DNA from: Sminthopsis crassicaudata
Taxonomy: Eukaryota
Assembly (NCBI RefSeq): GCF_048593235.1
Contig: NC_133619.1
Location: 176,528,454 to 176,592,453 of the forward strand
Length of the DNA stretch: 64,000 nucleotides
Direction: 5' to 3'
The notes beneath the pieces are model-generated. The model was not told where the DNA came from, ran no database searches, and was given only the letters and a program-made list of their open reading frames with translations. Within the stretch, counting starts at the first letter, position 1. Each line of letters opens with the position of its first letter. Below are positions 52,585 to 64,000 of this stretch, in pieces. The position numbers and the translations under genes are program-made.

Positions 52585-52786
52585 CTTGTGCAATTGCAAT
52601 AAGCTTTCCTTTCTCTTCAGGACTAAGCTGCAACATTGTGTCAATGACAGGAAGAAGCCTCTCTCTTTCACTCCCTGCTTTTAGAAATATAAATTGTAGC
52701 AGGACATTCTTCAAGTATTCTAGGTTAGCTACTGACTTCTCCCGTTCCTGATTCCTTTCCAATCTCCTTACTTCACTTTTGAGAAG
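52585..52786 (-). CDS. GCC2: GCC2 penultimate exon encoding the GRIP domain core (NLEYLKNVLLQFIFLK...LQLSPEEKGKL)
   Basis: 202 nt: acceptor ttttcttttatag, donor AAG|GTGGGT. GRIP signature with the invariant Tyr of LEYLKN. Phase 0 in, phase 1 out. Confidence 0.98.
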
Positions 52787-53139
52787 CTATAAAAGAAAAA
52801 GAGAAAGTATAACGGGAATAATTTGGTCCTTTATAAAAGAGTCATTAGTGTAATACCATAGACTTCAGTCAAATCCTGACTCCTCCAACTTTCTGGGATA
52901 AATTATCAAGGAAAAGAGTGAATAACCTCATACTTGCATAGAATATGACTCATCCATCACTTGTTCCTAAAGGTCTCAAGAACCACTGTGTGCAGTAGTA
53001 TTATTCTACGCTGCTGTGCTCTGCCCTCCTTTTCTGTTTGGCAGTAAAATTGCTATATGAATTATACAGACTTTCAAGAGGTTCCACAATATAAATGATT
53101 TCTTTCCTTTTTAACCATGCCCCCCTTCTCCTCCCAGTT

Positions 53140-53860
53140 ACAAGTCGAGGAAAATTTATAATTCATTTTTGTAAGATTTTGAGTTCCCAATTTTTCTCCT
53201 TCCCTTTCTCCTCTTCCCTCTTCTGAAGACAGTAGGCAATTGGATATAGTTTATACATGTACTATCATGTAAAACATATTTCTATACTAGTTGCAGTTGT
53301 GAAAGAAACAGATAAAAAGAAAAAAGAGAAATAATAAGCTAAATGTAAAAAAAATATGCCTCTATCTGTGTTCTGAGCCCATCAGTTCTTTATCTAGATA
53401 GCACTTTTCTTTGTGAGTCCTTAGTATTTGTCTTGGATCATTGTGTTGCTAAAATGAGCAGTCATTCACAGTAGATAATCACACAATGTTACTAAATGCT
53501 ATGTTCATTGTTCAATATTTTCCTGGTTCTGGGTCATTTCAAGTCTTACCAAGATTTTCTGAAATCTGCCTGTTTATCATTTCTTATTGAACAATCCCAT
53601 TATATTTATTTACCACAAATCTTTCAGCCATTCTCCAATTGATGGGCACTCCCCTTGATTTTTAATTTTTTGCCACTATGAAAAGGACTGCTATGAATAT
53701 TTTTCACACATATAGGCCCTTTTATTTTTATTTATTTATTTTTTTGTGATCTTTTTGGGATAGAGACCCACTAGTGGCGTTGCTGAATCAAAAAGTATGC
53801 ACAATTTGGTTCCCTTTGGCCATAGTTTCAAATTGCTCTCCAGAGTGGGGATGAGTTCAA
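53140..53860 (-). mobile_element. L1 3' end in GCC2 intron
   Basis: Same motif series as the other L1 3' ends. Confidence 0.78.
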
Positions 53861-54528
53861 AACTAAATGATCTTTTTTAGACTTACACTTTCTTGTACTT
53901 GTACTTAAGTGACATCATTCTGTCATGCCTGTTCTCTACTGAGAAAAGTTAAAATGCTCTTACCTGGCATTCAAGGCCTTCTACAAATGCTCTCTTTCAT
54001 TCCTTACAATTATATATATATATATATATCCCACTATTCTCTGAAGTCACCATGTTTCCTCTGTCCCTCTATTCCTTGGTCACAAACATTACCTATTCCA
54101 GGAACCTCCCCCCATTTTCCTTCTTCTGTGTGAGAATTTTTACTCATTATTTAAAACTTGACCCCAAGGTCATCTCATCTTTAAGCCTTTTTTGATTTGT
54201 GGGTGGATAAAAATATCCCACCTAGGATTTTATACAAAGGTTTTTGTCTTTTGCAGTCTTCCAATGAACATATCATATAATATACTTAGTTATCTACACT
54301 CATTTTGTTCCCCCCTTTTAGACTGTAAGCACATAGCAGATGTCCAATCAATGTTTGATGAATAAATGTTTCTTGAAGTTCAAGTACTTCATATTTTATA
54401 ACTCTTCTGTCCATAAAACATATGGTATAATCTTTTGTTGAAGATATGCTTAATGGACACATCATGTAGACAGAATGTTTACAAATATTGACATAGTTTC
54501 ACTAGTGATTGGATTTACTTAGACCTAC

Positions 54529-54668
54529 CTTAATTTGCTCCATAAGAATTGCATTGGTTGCTTCAGTCTCTCTAAGAAGACCATTCAAGTGGTCAGCACT
54601 CTTTGTAGTGGAATTGAGCTTCTGAACCAATTCTTCTTTGCTGAGTTCTTCATGCCACAGAGGAGGTT
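54529..54668 (-). CDS. GCC2: GCC2 coding exon, EPPLWHEELSKEELVQKLNSTTKSADHLNGLLRETEATNAILMEQIK
   Basis: 140 nt: acceptor aaaatttcag, donor AAG|GTAGGT. Phase 1 in, phase 0 out. Hand-translated; absent from the ORF track. Confidence 0.96.
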
Positions 54669-57600
54669 CTGAAATTTTATTTTTTGAAGATTAATTTCCA
54701 AATGAAAAAAAACAATAGTCAGGAAGTAGAACATCTTATGTGAGGAACAGCAAGGAAGTCTGTTGTCACTGGATCACAGAAATTGGGAAGGATGGGGCTA
54801 GGAAAAGTAAGGTGTTAAAAATTTTAGAAAGTTAAGTTATGGACCAGGTTGTAAAGGACTTTGAATGCCACATAGATTTTATATTTGCTCCTGGAGAGGG
54901 TGACAGAGGACCACAGGAATTTAGGCAATAGAAAAGTGACTTAATCACATCTGTACCTAACAATATCTATGGGCTCTTAGCATTTGAAGCTTAGGAAGGA
55001 GAGATTTTCAAGCTGATTTGGTTAACAACAAAAGACTAGAGGTTTTAGTAACTACTATAGGCAAATGACAGGCAATTAACATCTGTAGAGACCAGATGTG
55101 CACAAATACCAAAGAGGAGTTGTAAAATAAACACAAAAGTCTTCACGGAAATAAAGTTAGACAATGTTAGCCACTGAAAATGAAATAAATTTTCTAGTCC
55201 AACACTTTTATTATGGATAAGGAAACAAGAGGTCTACAAAGGTAAAGTCACAGAGCCTTTTCATGGCAGAACTTAGATCATGGGATTTAGTGCTAAAGAA
55301 GTCTTTTGGGATCATTTTAAATAGCAACATCTTTATTTTTTAGATGAGTCAACTGAAGACCAGAGTTTTATTTTTCCAAGTTCAAAGAACTGATATTTGT
55401 TGCAAAGCCATGATTTGAACATTGATACTCTGGCTCCACACTTCCAACCTCTACTCTACTATATCTGGAATAGATAGGAAGTGCCTTTTCTCAAAGTTCT
55501 GAAGTAGGATCTCCAGACTAATTTTTATATTCTATTAGTGTTTTCTAGGGCTACTCAAAAGGTTTCTCAAACTATTTATCCACCAGTTCCTGATTCAGGA
55601 CAAAGGAATTCTAGAAAAGGACAGAGGGTAAATATAAAAAAGATTGTCTTCAGAAAAAAGATGCAGAGGGGAGGTTGAAAATTCAGTTGTATTTGTGCTA
55701 CAGAAATATGCCCAGGACCAATTTTAATGATCATTAAGAAGGATATGTAATGGATATATTTCTTTCTCTATGTAGCCTAAGCCCTAAGGAGTTTGAAATG
55801 AGAAAAAAGATGGTAAGGAGTAAAAAAAAGTTAAGTAGGGAACTTAAGTACACATGTAGGAAGGTTAATCCATAGTCTTATTATACTATAATTTGAGAAT
55901 AAATCTATCAAATTTAATTTCTTGTCCTAGACTAATTTCCAGGATAAAGTGCACAATGTCATGGCTCTACAGAAAATGGAAAAATCATTCCACCAGCAGT
56001 CTTAAGTCTTATTTTTGGCAACAAGTTATTCTTGAGTCTTGTAGCAGATTTCCAAATGGATTTTTTTTTAATGAATTTTATTTTATTTTATTTTTTGGAT
56101 CATGCCTTTCAATACAAAGTGAAATGACTGGCTAGAGAAAAGGGGAGGACTAGGATAAAGTGGAATCAGAAGATGGTAAAAAGTTAAAGGAACCTATAAA
56201 AAAATCCACTGGCTTTGATGGACAAATAAATTAACTAAACTATAAGTTGATAGTGTGAAGGGATAAGAGTTTGTGCTTAAAATTATTTTGACTCCACAGT
56301 ATTATCTACCCAAGAACATACTATCACATGAGTGATCATATCAATTTGGATGTTCCCTCCTATGACAAAGATCACTCATCCTGCTTGATTTTTGGGTATT
56401 TCCTCCTATGTGTTCAACAGTGGGGGCTCATTCAACAGGCTTAAGGCCTACCTCAATCTCTGATACTATAAGGGTACCATAAAGGCATTCTGAATGTCTG
56501 TTTGTTGGGTCCCAGGACCAGCCCATTTTTCTTCCTATCATATATCTTTTGGAGGATATCTTCTGTTCCTTTTCTTTTTTGGAAGTTCCTCCTTGCTTAT
56601 ATGTTGCAAGTTGTTTCTGCCTACTTTGTTATTTTCCATAGTCTTTGGTATGAGATTAATTTTTAATTCTAATAAATGTTGTTGCCCTATCTTCCTTTGA
56701 TCTCTCTCTTTTTTTTTTTTTAGTCCAAAAGAAACAATGGATTCAAAGACACATTCTATGTAAAACTTGCAGTGCTCATGCTAAGTCCTTCCTGATTAAA
56801 GAAAGATTTTCAATATGAATTTATATATTTCTCTTTGCTAAGTCATTTTGCTTCTCTGAATCTCATTTGGAAAATGTGGGTATATCTGTGGTCCTTATAA
56901 TGTTTAAGATACTCTCTAACATAAAATTTTCTAATTAGGCTCACAAATTGAAGAACTGCTTTAGGAGTTCCTAACTTTGTAAACTTCATAATCCTAGTCT
57001 TTATTATTCTTATTTCAAATATTCACTTTCTCTTATTTGCAGCTTTAATCCAACAAATGTTAATAGTTTCATTATTAAAGAATCAACCATCCACTTATTC
57101 AAAGGATCTTTAAATGAAAGATTATTTGCAGTTTAAAAAAAAGGGAAAAAAAATCAATATAATTTTCTGCCTTCAAAAAACTTATAGTCTAAGTAATTCT
57201 GCGTTCTATTCTGCAGTTGGTAAACTTTCATCTTTACAACTTTTTATCAAAACTGGCATTGTTGTTCCAGCCATTTATCTATCTTTTCTGAGAACTGAAA
57301 GTATCATGTTACTTATAATCTAGTAAGGGAAATTCAACAAGGCAACTGCATGGCCAGCAGCTACTGACTATCTGCCTAGTGACAGCATTGCCATTAACAC
57401 TCTCAGCCTGTGATTATAAGACTTGGAAGAAAGCAGAACTATATGCTCATTTATACAGTTTGGATTCAATTGTAAAGGCAAAAATTTATTAAAATTTTAA
57501 AGGACAAAAGTTTACTGTTAAATAAAGGAAGCAATGTCACTAGTCCTGAATCTAGTAGGCAATTATGGAATCATATGAAAATAAAACTTTCACTTAATAA

Positions 57601-58007
57601 ATGGATTCAAGTTGTATAATTAATATTATTTAAAAATTTTTTCTTTGAACCAGAACTGTGATTTCATTGGTAGAGGGCAGACAAGATCCTGCCCAGGGAT
57701 TTAAGAGACTGTGACTTGACAAGAGTCACCCAGTTAGTGTCAGAGAAGAACTTATATGAAAGTCTTACTAAACTCCAAAATCAGCTCTCTATCCAATAGG
57801 TCCTGCTTCCTCTTTTTTACTTTTTAATTGTGCCACAGAATTCTGATGCATCTTGCTGGGTCAGATTTAGAAGATAAATCTAAAACCACACTCTAGGTAA
57901 GGCATAACATTTGCAAATCAGGAAGAAGTGCAATGGCATTCAAAAAAGTGTCATCATGACTCAAGAAGGGACCCTCATAAATTATAGTAGGAGTAGTTCT
58001 ACATTAC

Positions 58008-58202
58008 CCAATTTTGTCTCAGGAGAATTAAGAAGCTGTTCCAGAGATGGCGTATGGATACTTGTAGAAGATACAGACTCAGTGTCAGTTGTTTCCATTC
58101 CCTCTCCCTCTTCCCTGGCTACAGTGTGCATTTCAAGGAGGGGTAAATCTGTGTTTCTCCTTTCACGAAGATTCTTCAATGATTGATGTGAAGAAGCTGA
58201 AC
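58008..58202 (-). CDS. GCC2: GCC2 coding exon, SASSHQSLKNLRERRNTDLPLL...QLLNSPETKL
   Basis: 195 nt: acceptor tttcctaattag, donor G|GTAATG. Phase 1/1, in frame with both neighbouring exons. Confidence 0.96.
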
Positions 58203-58811
58203 CTAATTAGGAAAAAAATAAAATAATATGTCTTTGAATCCATGAATAGAAAAAAAGATCAAAATACTTTTCATGATCTGATGAAAGCAATTCCAAATAA
58301 GTTTGTACATATCTAAAAGTCAAAGATCAGCAATGAAAATGAGATAATTGGGACAAATTTCAAGGACGGGAAATTACTTAACTGGCATGATCAAGTGGTA
58401 CAAAAAAAGAATTTCTAGCTTACCCTTAAAAACCAGAAATGAATATACTTTATAATGACATGGAATCTTTTATCATTCAATTCATTTCTACAGGGACTGA
58501 AAGTTATTGCTTTTTAAATAGATTGGATGAGGTAAAATCTTCACAAAAGTCTTCACAAAATTTTTTTGAATGGGCAGCTTTTAATTCTCACAAACTTTTT
58601 GGTAACTCAAAGTTGGAATATTATTACACTATTAAAGAAATGCATAAGTCTTAATTTCTCTTCTTTTCCTCTCCTGCTGTTCCCACCCAATAACTGTATA
58701 ATGTAGTGGAAAAAGGCCGATGTGTGAGAGGATGGAAAAAGAACTAGATGATAACTAAATTCCATACATTTGGTATTGAAGGAAAATAAAACATTTAACA
58801 ATATTGCTCTG

Positions 58812-59307
58812 TCAGGACCAGGAGATCATTATACACTTCAACAACAATACTATATGATGATCAATTCTGATGGACGTGGCCCTCTTCAACAATGAGATGA
58901 ATCAAATCAAGCTCCTATAGAGCAGTAATGAATTGAACCAGCTATACCTGGCAAAAGAACTCTGGGAGATGACTATGAACCACTACATAGAATTCCCAAT
59001 CCCTCTATCTTTGTCCGCCTGCATTTTTTATTTCCTTCACAGGCTAATGGTACACTATTTCAGAGTCCGATTCTTTTTGAACAGCAAAATAACTGTTTGG
59101 ACACTTATACTAATATTGTATTTAATTTATACTTTAACATTTAACATGTATTGGTCAACCTGCCATCTGGGGGGAGGGGTGGGGGGAAAGAGGGGAAAAA
59201 TTGGAACAAAAGGTTTGGCAATTGTCAAAACTGTAAAATTACCCATGCATATAACTTGTAAATAAAAAGCTATAATAAATTAAAAAAAAAAAAAACAAAA
59301 CAAACCC
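58812..59307 (+). mobile_element. Young 5'-truncated L1 3' end with TSD in GCC2 intron
   Basis: Poly-A tail; 14-bp TSD ACAATATTGCTCTG at 58798-58811 and 59308-59321; same subfamily as 8089-8544. Confidence 0.92.
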
Positions 59308-60036
59308 ACAATATTGCTCTGGGCTGAACAACAGCCCCAAAGTGTGCCATCTGCCAGCTCCCAAGATGCTACAATAGTTTTTATTTGATTCAGGGGCATT
59401 GTTAAGAGTCTAGTCAAACTTTTAGGCAGCAGAATCTAAATATAACTAGTTATCTTGGTAAAGCTGAAGTCATATCAACCTTTTCTAGGTTCTAAGGGTA
59501 TCTGAAATTAGCTTTAAATACTATCCTAAAGATGTTGCTTCTGTAATAGCTTAAATTTTAACTTTCTTGTAAAAAAGTTTTGGAAAATGAGGTGTTTTGT
59601 CATTCTTCTAATCATAAATACATTTAAATCAGTCTATTTAATGAATAGCAATAATGAATATTATATTGTCCCCCAAAATACTAGAGACTAAGCATCAATC
59701 TATGCTTGATAGAGGAAATTTAATGTGAAAGAAAAGGAAATATTTAACACAGTAGATAATATATAAATGAGGATTTATTACTCTAAAAAGTTATATTGTC
59801 TTAAAGTATGAACTTAAAGATTTATAGATATATTTATGGATAATTCAGGATAAATTAAAGATATTTGTTCATTAAATTTCTAGTTGATTTAATGAAAGGT
59901 GACTACTCCAAAAACTTATAAATAGGAAGATTTTAGGGTAACATTTCTTATGATCATATGAATATAGAAGAAAAGTGATGAAAGTCTGAAAGTTACAAAA
60001 ATGAGATAATCAAAAAGTTGCTGAATGCATACATAC

Positions 60037-60254
60037 TTTTGGTAGTAGGATCACTCTTTAGTTGGAAATACTGAGCTTCCACTTTGGAAAGTTGTTGCTG
60101 CAATGTCTCCATGGTCTTCCTGTGGTCTTCCTGCAAATGCCTCATTTGATCCCGGAAGTTATTGCGAAGTGTTTCATTCTGGGATGTTAGCTGACTCACA
60201 GTCTGGGCATGGTCTGACTTCATCACCATGTTCTCTGACTGTACTGAACAGAGT
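60037..60254 (-). CDS. GCC2: GCC2 coding exon (5th from last), coiled-coil region LCSVQSENMV...KSDPTTK
   Basis: 218 nt: acceptor ttatccttcag, donor A|GTATGT. Phase 2 in, phase 1 out. The 72 whole codons match the recalled mammalian GCC2 C-terminal coiled coil (QLTSQNE.LRN.FRDQ.RHLQE.HRKT.ETLQQQLSK). Confidence 0.95.
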
Positions 60255-60271
60255 CTGAAGGATAAAAGCAA

Positions 60272-61000
60272 TTTATTTATTTTTAATAGTATTTTATTTT
60301 TCCAAATACATGCAAAGTTAAGTTTTCAGCATTCACCTTTGCAAAACCTTGTATTCCAAATTTTTCTTCTTCCCTCCCCACCTTTCCTCTTCCCTAGACA
60401 GCAAGCAATCCCATATAGGTTAAACATGTACAATTCTTCTAAACATATTTCCATATTCATCATGCTGTGCAAGAAAAATCAGATCAAAAGGGAAAAAAAC
60501 CACAAGAACAAGAAAACAAAGAAACAAGAAAAAACAAAAGAACACACAAAAAACAAATAACAGAAAGGTGAAAATATGCTTTGATCCACATTCAGTCTCT
60601 GTAGTTCCATCACAAGAATATTGAAATTGCCTTGAAATCACTTCATTGTTGAAAAGTGCCAAGTCCATCATTACATAATCTTGTTGCTGTGTATAGTGTT
60701 CTTTTGGTTCTGTTCACTTCATTCAGCATCAGTTCATGTAGCTTTTTTGAAATCAGCCTGCTCGTCATTTCTTATAGAACAATAATATTTCATTACATTC
60801 ACATACCATAACTTATTTAACCATTCTCCAACTGATGGGCATCCACTCAATTTCCAGTTCCTTGCCATACAAAAAGGGCTGCTACAAACATTTTTGCACA
60901 TGAGAGTACTTTCCCCTCTTTTATGATCTCTTTAGGATACAGACTAAGAAGACACATTGCTGGATCATAGTTCCAAATTGCTCTCCAGAATGGTTGGATC
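60272..61000 (-). mobile_element. L1 3' end abutting a GCC2 splice acceptor
   Basis: Tail (AATAAA repeats on minus) ends about 16 nt from the AG at 60256-60255. Confidence 0.85.
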
Positions 61001-61439
61001 AAGAAATTTATTTTCTAAAATCATTTAACTTTACTTTTAGCTTCTTTAGGGACTGATTAAGAGAACAGAAAAATCTGCCTTTTAATGGAAATTTAGGCAT
61101 ACCTTCAGTATGACAAAAGTCTTTCTATAGTCTCAATTTTGTGTTTCTTTGAAATATGTTATAGTCTCATGTAGTTGCTCCTAGTATGAAATGCTAGACA
61201 CCTGCTTGTGTGAGTTAAGTATTAAATATTATTTTGTTTCTTCTTTCTAGGGTATGACTATATAGTTTCAGTCACTTTCTAATCTCACTTAAAGTAAAAC
61301 CAAATTCTCAACAAATTATAACTCAAAAATATTGAAAATAAGCTGTCATATTGTTTTATAATTCCACCAATAATTACATAAGAACACCAATGATATTTTC
61401 CCCTTATTATTCACGTTAATTTATGTTGAATTTTGAAAA

Positions 61440-63990
61440 ATATTTTATTTTTCCATTACATGTAAAATAATTTTTAATATTAAAACTTTCAAGTTTCAGA
61501 TTCTCTCTCTATCCTTCCCCCCCTGTTGAAAAGGCATATGTGAAGTTACGCAAAACATTTTCATAAAAGTCTTACTGCAAAAGAAAACTTAGATCTTGTT
61601 AATCTGTATTTAGATACAATCAGTTCTTTCTCTTGTGTATGGATAATAGCATTTTCATCCTAAGTCCTTCAGAGTAGTGCTGGATCACTGTACTGCTGAG
61701 AATAGCAAACTCATTCACAGCTAATCATCTCAGAACATAGCTATTACTTTGTTCACAGTACATTGCACTTTGATGAACTCCTGAAGCACTTTCCAGATTT
61801 ATCTGAGAGCATCCTGCTCATTTCTTATAGAATAATAATATTCCATCATAATCACAATTCCATCATACCCACAATTTATTTATTTATTTATTTTTCCCCT
61901 GAGGCTGGGGTTAAGTGACTTGCCCAGGGTCACACAGCTGGGAAGTGTTAAGTGTCTGAGACCACATTTGAACTCAGGTCCTCCTGAATTCAAGGCTGCT
62001 GCTCTATCCACTGCGCCACCTAGCTGCCCCTCATATCCACAATTTATTCAGCTATTTCCCAAATGATGGGCATCTCCTCCATGTCCAATTCTTTGCCCTA
62101 AGAGCTGCTACAAATATTTTTGTACATATAGATCCTTTTCCTTTCTTTCTTTTTTTAATCACATTTGAGTTTCTTGTCTAGTAGTAGTATTATTAGGTAA
62201 AGGGATATGCATTTTAAACTCTCTGGAAATAGTTCCTATCTTTTGATCATTTATCAATTGGGTAATGGCTCTTTTACAAATTTGACTCAGTTCCCTATAC
62301 ATTTGAGAAATGAAGAATGAGATTTAGGCATAAAGAACAAGAAATGAGGCCTCCACTGGAGAAACCTGATTCAAAATTCTTTTTACAAATTACTATTGCT
62401 AACTCTATATTCCCTGTTAATTCTATTCTCTCTCCCCTTTTCACCCTGTCTTGCCTCAACAGTGTTTTGCTTCTGACATTTCCCCTCCCTCAATAGACCC
62501 ACTATCACCCTTTACTCTTCTCATTTCCCCTTTCCCTCCTATTTTGTTGGAGGATATGTTAGATTTCTATACCTATGCTGAATATGTAGTTTATTTCCTC
62601 TTTGAGTCAATTCTGAGGAGAGTAAGAGTTACTCATTCCCCTTCTCTTTTCCCTTTTATGGCAGATGAAATCATACCATTCTATCTCTCCCTTTCCCTTT
62701 ACAAGTTATAAGAATCATCCTCCCATGTAGGAATGTAAACAGATTTCCCTTTCCTGATTACTCCTTTATGTTTCTGAGTTTTGTATTTGAAAATCAAATT
62801 TTCTATTCAGTTCTGGTCTTTTCATCACCAATGTTTGAAAGTCCTCTATTTCCCTGAAGATCCACCTTTTCCTCTGAAGGCTTATATTCAATTTTGCTGG
62901 GTAGGTGATTCTCAATTGATTTCTGGAAAATCACATCTCCAGTCTCTGATCTTTTAATATAGAAGCTGCTAAATTTTGCATTATCCTGACTGTGGTTCCT
63001 CTATATCCGAATTATTTCTTTCTGGATGCTTGCAATATTTTCTCCTTAATCTGGAAGTTCCAGAATTTGGCTATAATATTCTTGGGACTTTTCATCTTGG
63101 GACCTCTTTCAGGATGTAATAGATATACTCTTTTAATTTCTAATTCACCCTCTGGTTCTAGAATATCAGGATAGTTTCCCTTGATACTTTCTTAAATGAT
63201 GATGTTCAGGCTTTTTTTTTTTTATCATGACTTTCAGGAAGACCAATAATTTTAAAATTTTGTCTATCTAGAAACTTAGCATTGTTTTTGGTTTTTTCAT
63301 TCTTTTGCTTTTGTTTGATTGTTTCTCTTTTTCTTATAAAAAGTCATTAGCTTCTATATTTGCTCAAATGTAATTTTTAAGAAATTTTTTATAGTGAGCT
63401 TTTATATCTCCTTTCCTACTTTCAGTTTTCCTTTTAAACGTATTCTTTTCCTCAATACGATTTTTGTATTTTCTTTTGCATCAATATCATTTCTCTTCCT
63501 AATTTTTCCTCTACCGCTCTTGATTTTCAAATCCTTTTTGGACTCTTCCATCACTTGAGACCAATTTTTATCCTTTTCTTGGAGACTTTGGATGTAGGCA
63601 CTTTGCCTTTATTATCTTCTTCTTCTGAGTATGTATTTTGAATTTCCTTGTCACCATTTTATCTTTCTATGGTCAGAATCTTTCCATTGTTTGCTTATCT
63701 TTCCAGCATATTACTATTAAAGGAGGGCTCTGTAAAGGGTACAATGTCCCTACCCTGAGATGTTTTGTGTAGCTATTCTCAGAGATCCCTCTTAGGGACC
63801 TATAAACTTTCAGTTCTTCCAAGGTGGTATGATCCAAGGAGAAGTGTGTGTGAGTGACCACAAGCACTCTTCTGAACTGGAATTGAGGAGGGTCCTCACT
63901 CCACTATGGCAGTTAAGTTCTAGTGTGCCAAAGCAACACAGTCCCTCTTGAGTGCTAGTAAAGAGACCACTGTGACCCCCTTACCATTTG
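61440..63990 (-). mobile_element. Degraded L1 segments (3' end, ORF2 and ORF1-like pieces) with a nested SINE
   Basis: L1 3'-end motifs at 61440-62300 and L1-type pyrimidine-rich body beyond; WSINE1-like insert at 61881-62030 flanked by CATA(C/T)CCACAATTTATT. Confidence 0.7.
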
Positions 63991-64000
63991 TGGACTAAGA

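Noticed and set aside
6058-52585. In-frame GCC2-LIMS1 read-through fusion
   Set aside because: The GCC2 penultimate exon ends in phase 1, while LIMS1 exon 2 must begin in phase 2, so a direct splice would frameshift.
61090-61140. Minus-strand donor GAAG|GTATGC as a further GCC2 exon
   Set aside because: The upstream frame does not encode the expected preceding GCC2 sequence (recalled ...AELREK); that exon is probably beyond 64000.
1-64000. CRISPR arrays, tRNA/rRNA/snRNA genes, intact retroviral or transposase genes
   Set aside because: None seen. tRNA-like A/B boxes occur only within SINE heads, and all element coding regions are degenerate.

Overview
Marsupial genomic DNA, most likely a dasyurid (inferred from WSINE1-, MAR1- and marsupial L1-type repeats; the species cannot be fixed from sequence alone). 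It is AT- and repeat-rich. Two vertebrate genes are recognisable, both on the minus strand. (1) The last five coding exons of GCC2 (GCC185 golgin, including the GRIP domain; 60254 down to the stop at 50970) splice into one open frame, followed by a 3' UTR to about 49.4 kb. (2) The CpG-island 5' end of LIMS1 (PINCH1) has a first coding exon encoding MLGVAAGMTNS (6058-6089); the rest of LIMS1 lies to the left of position 1. The ~42 kb between them is mostly L1, L2, MIR/MAR1/WSINE1, RTE, LTR and hAT remnants. The most unusual structures are a back-to-back inverted pair of related LTRs ~3.4 kb upstream of LIMS1, two local duplications, a non-colinear RTE remnant, and scattered + strand exon-like cassettes that may or may not mark an unannotated or decayed transcript. 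No CRISPR array, RNA gene or convincing novel system was found. Repeat family names come from recalled consensus motifs, not a database search, and repeat boundaries without a stated TSD are approximate.
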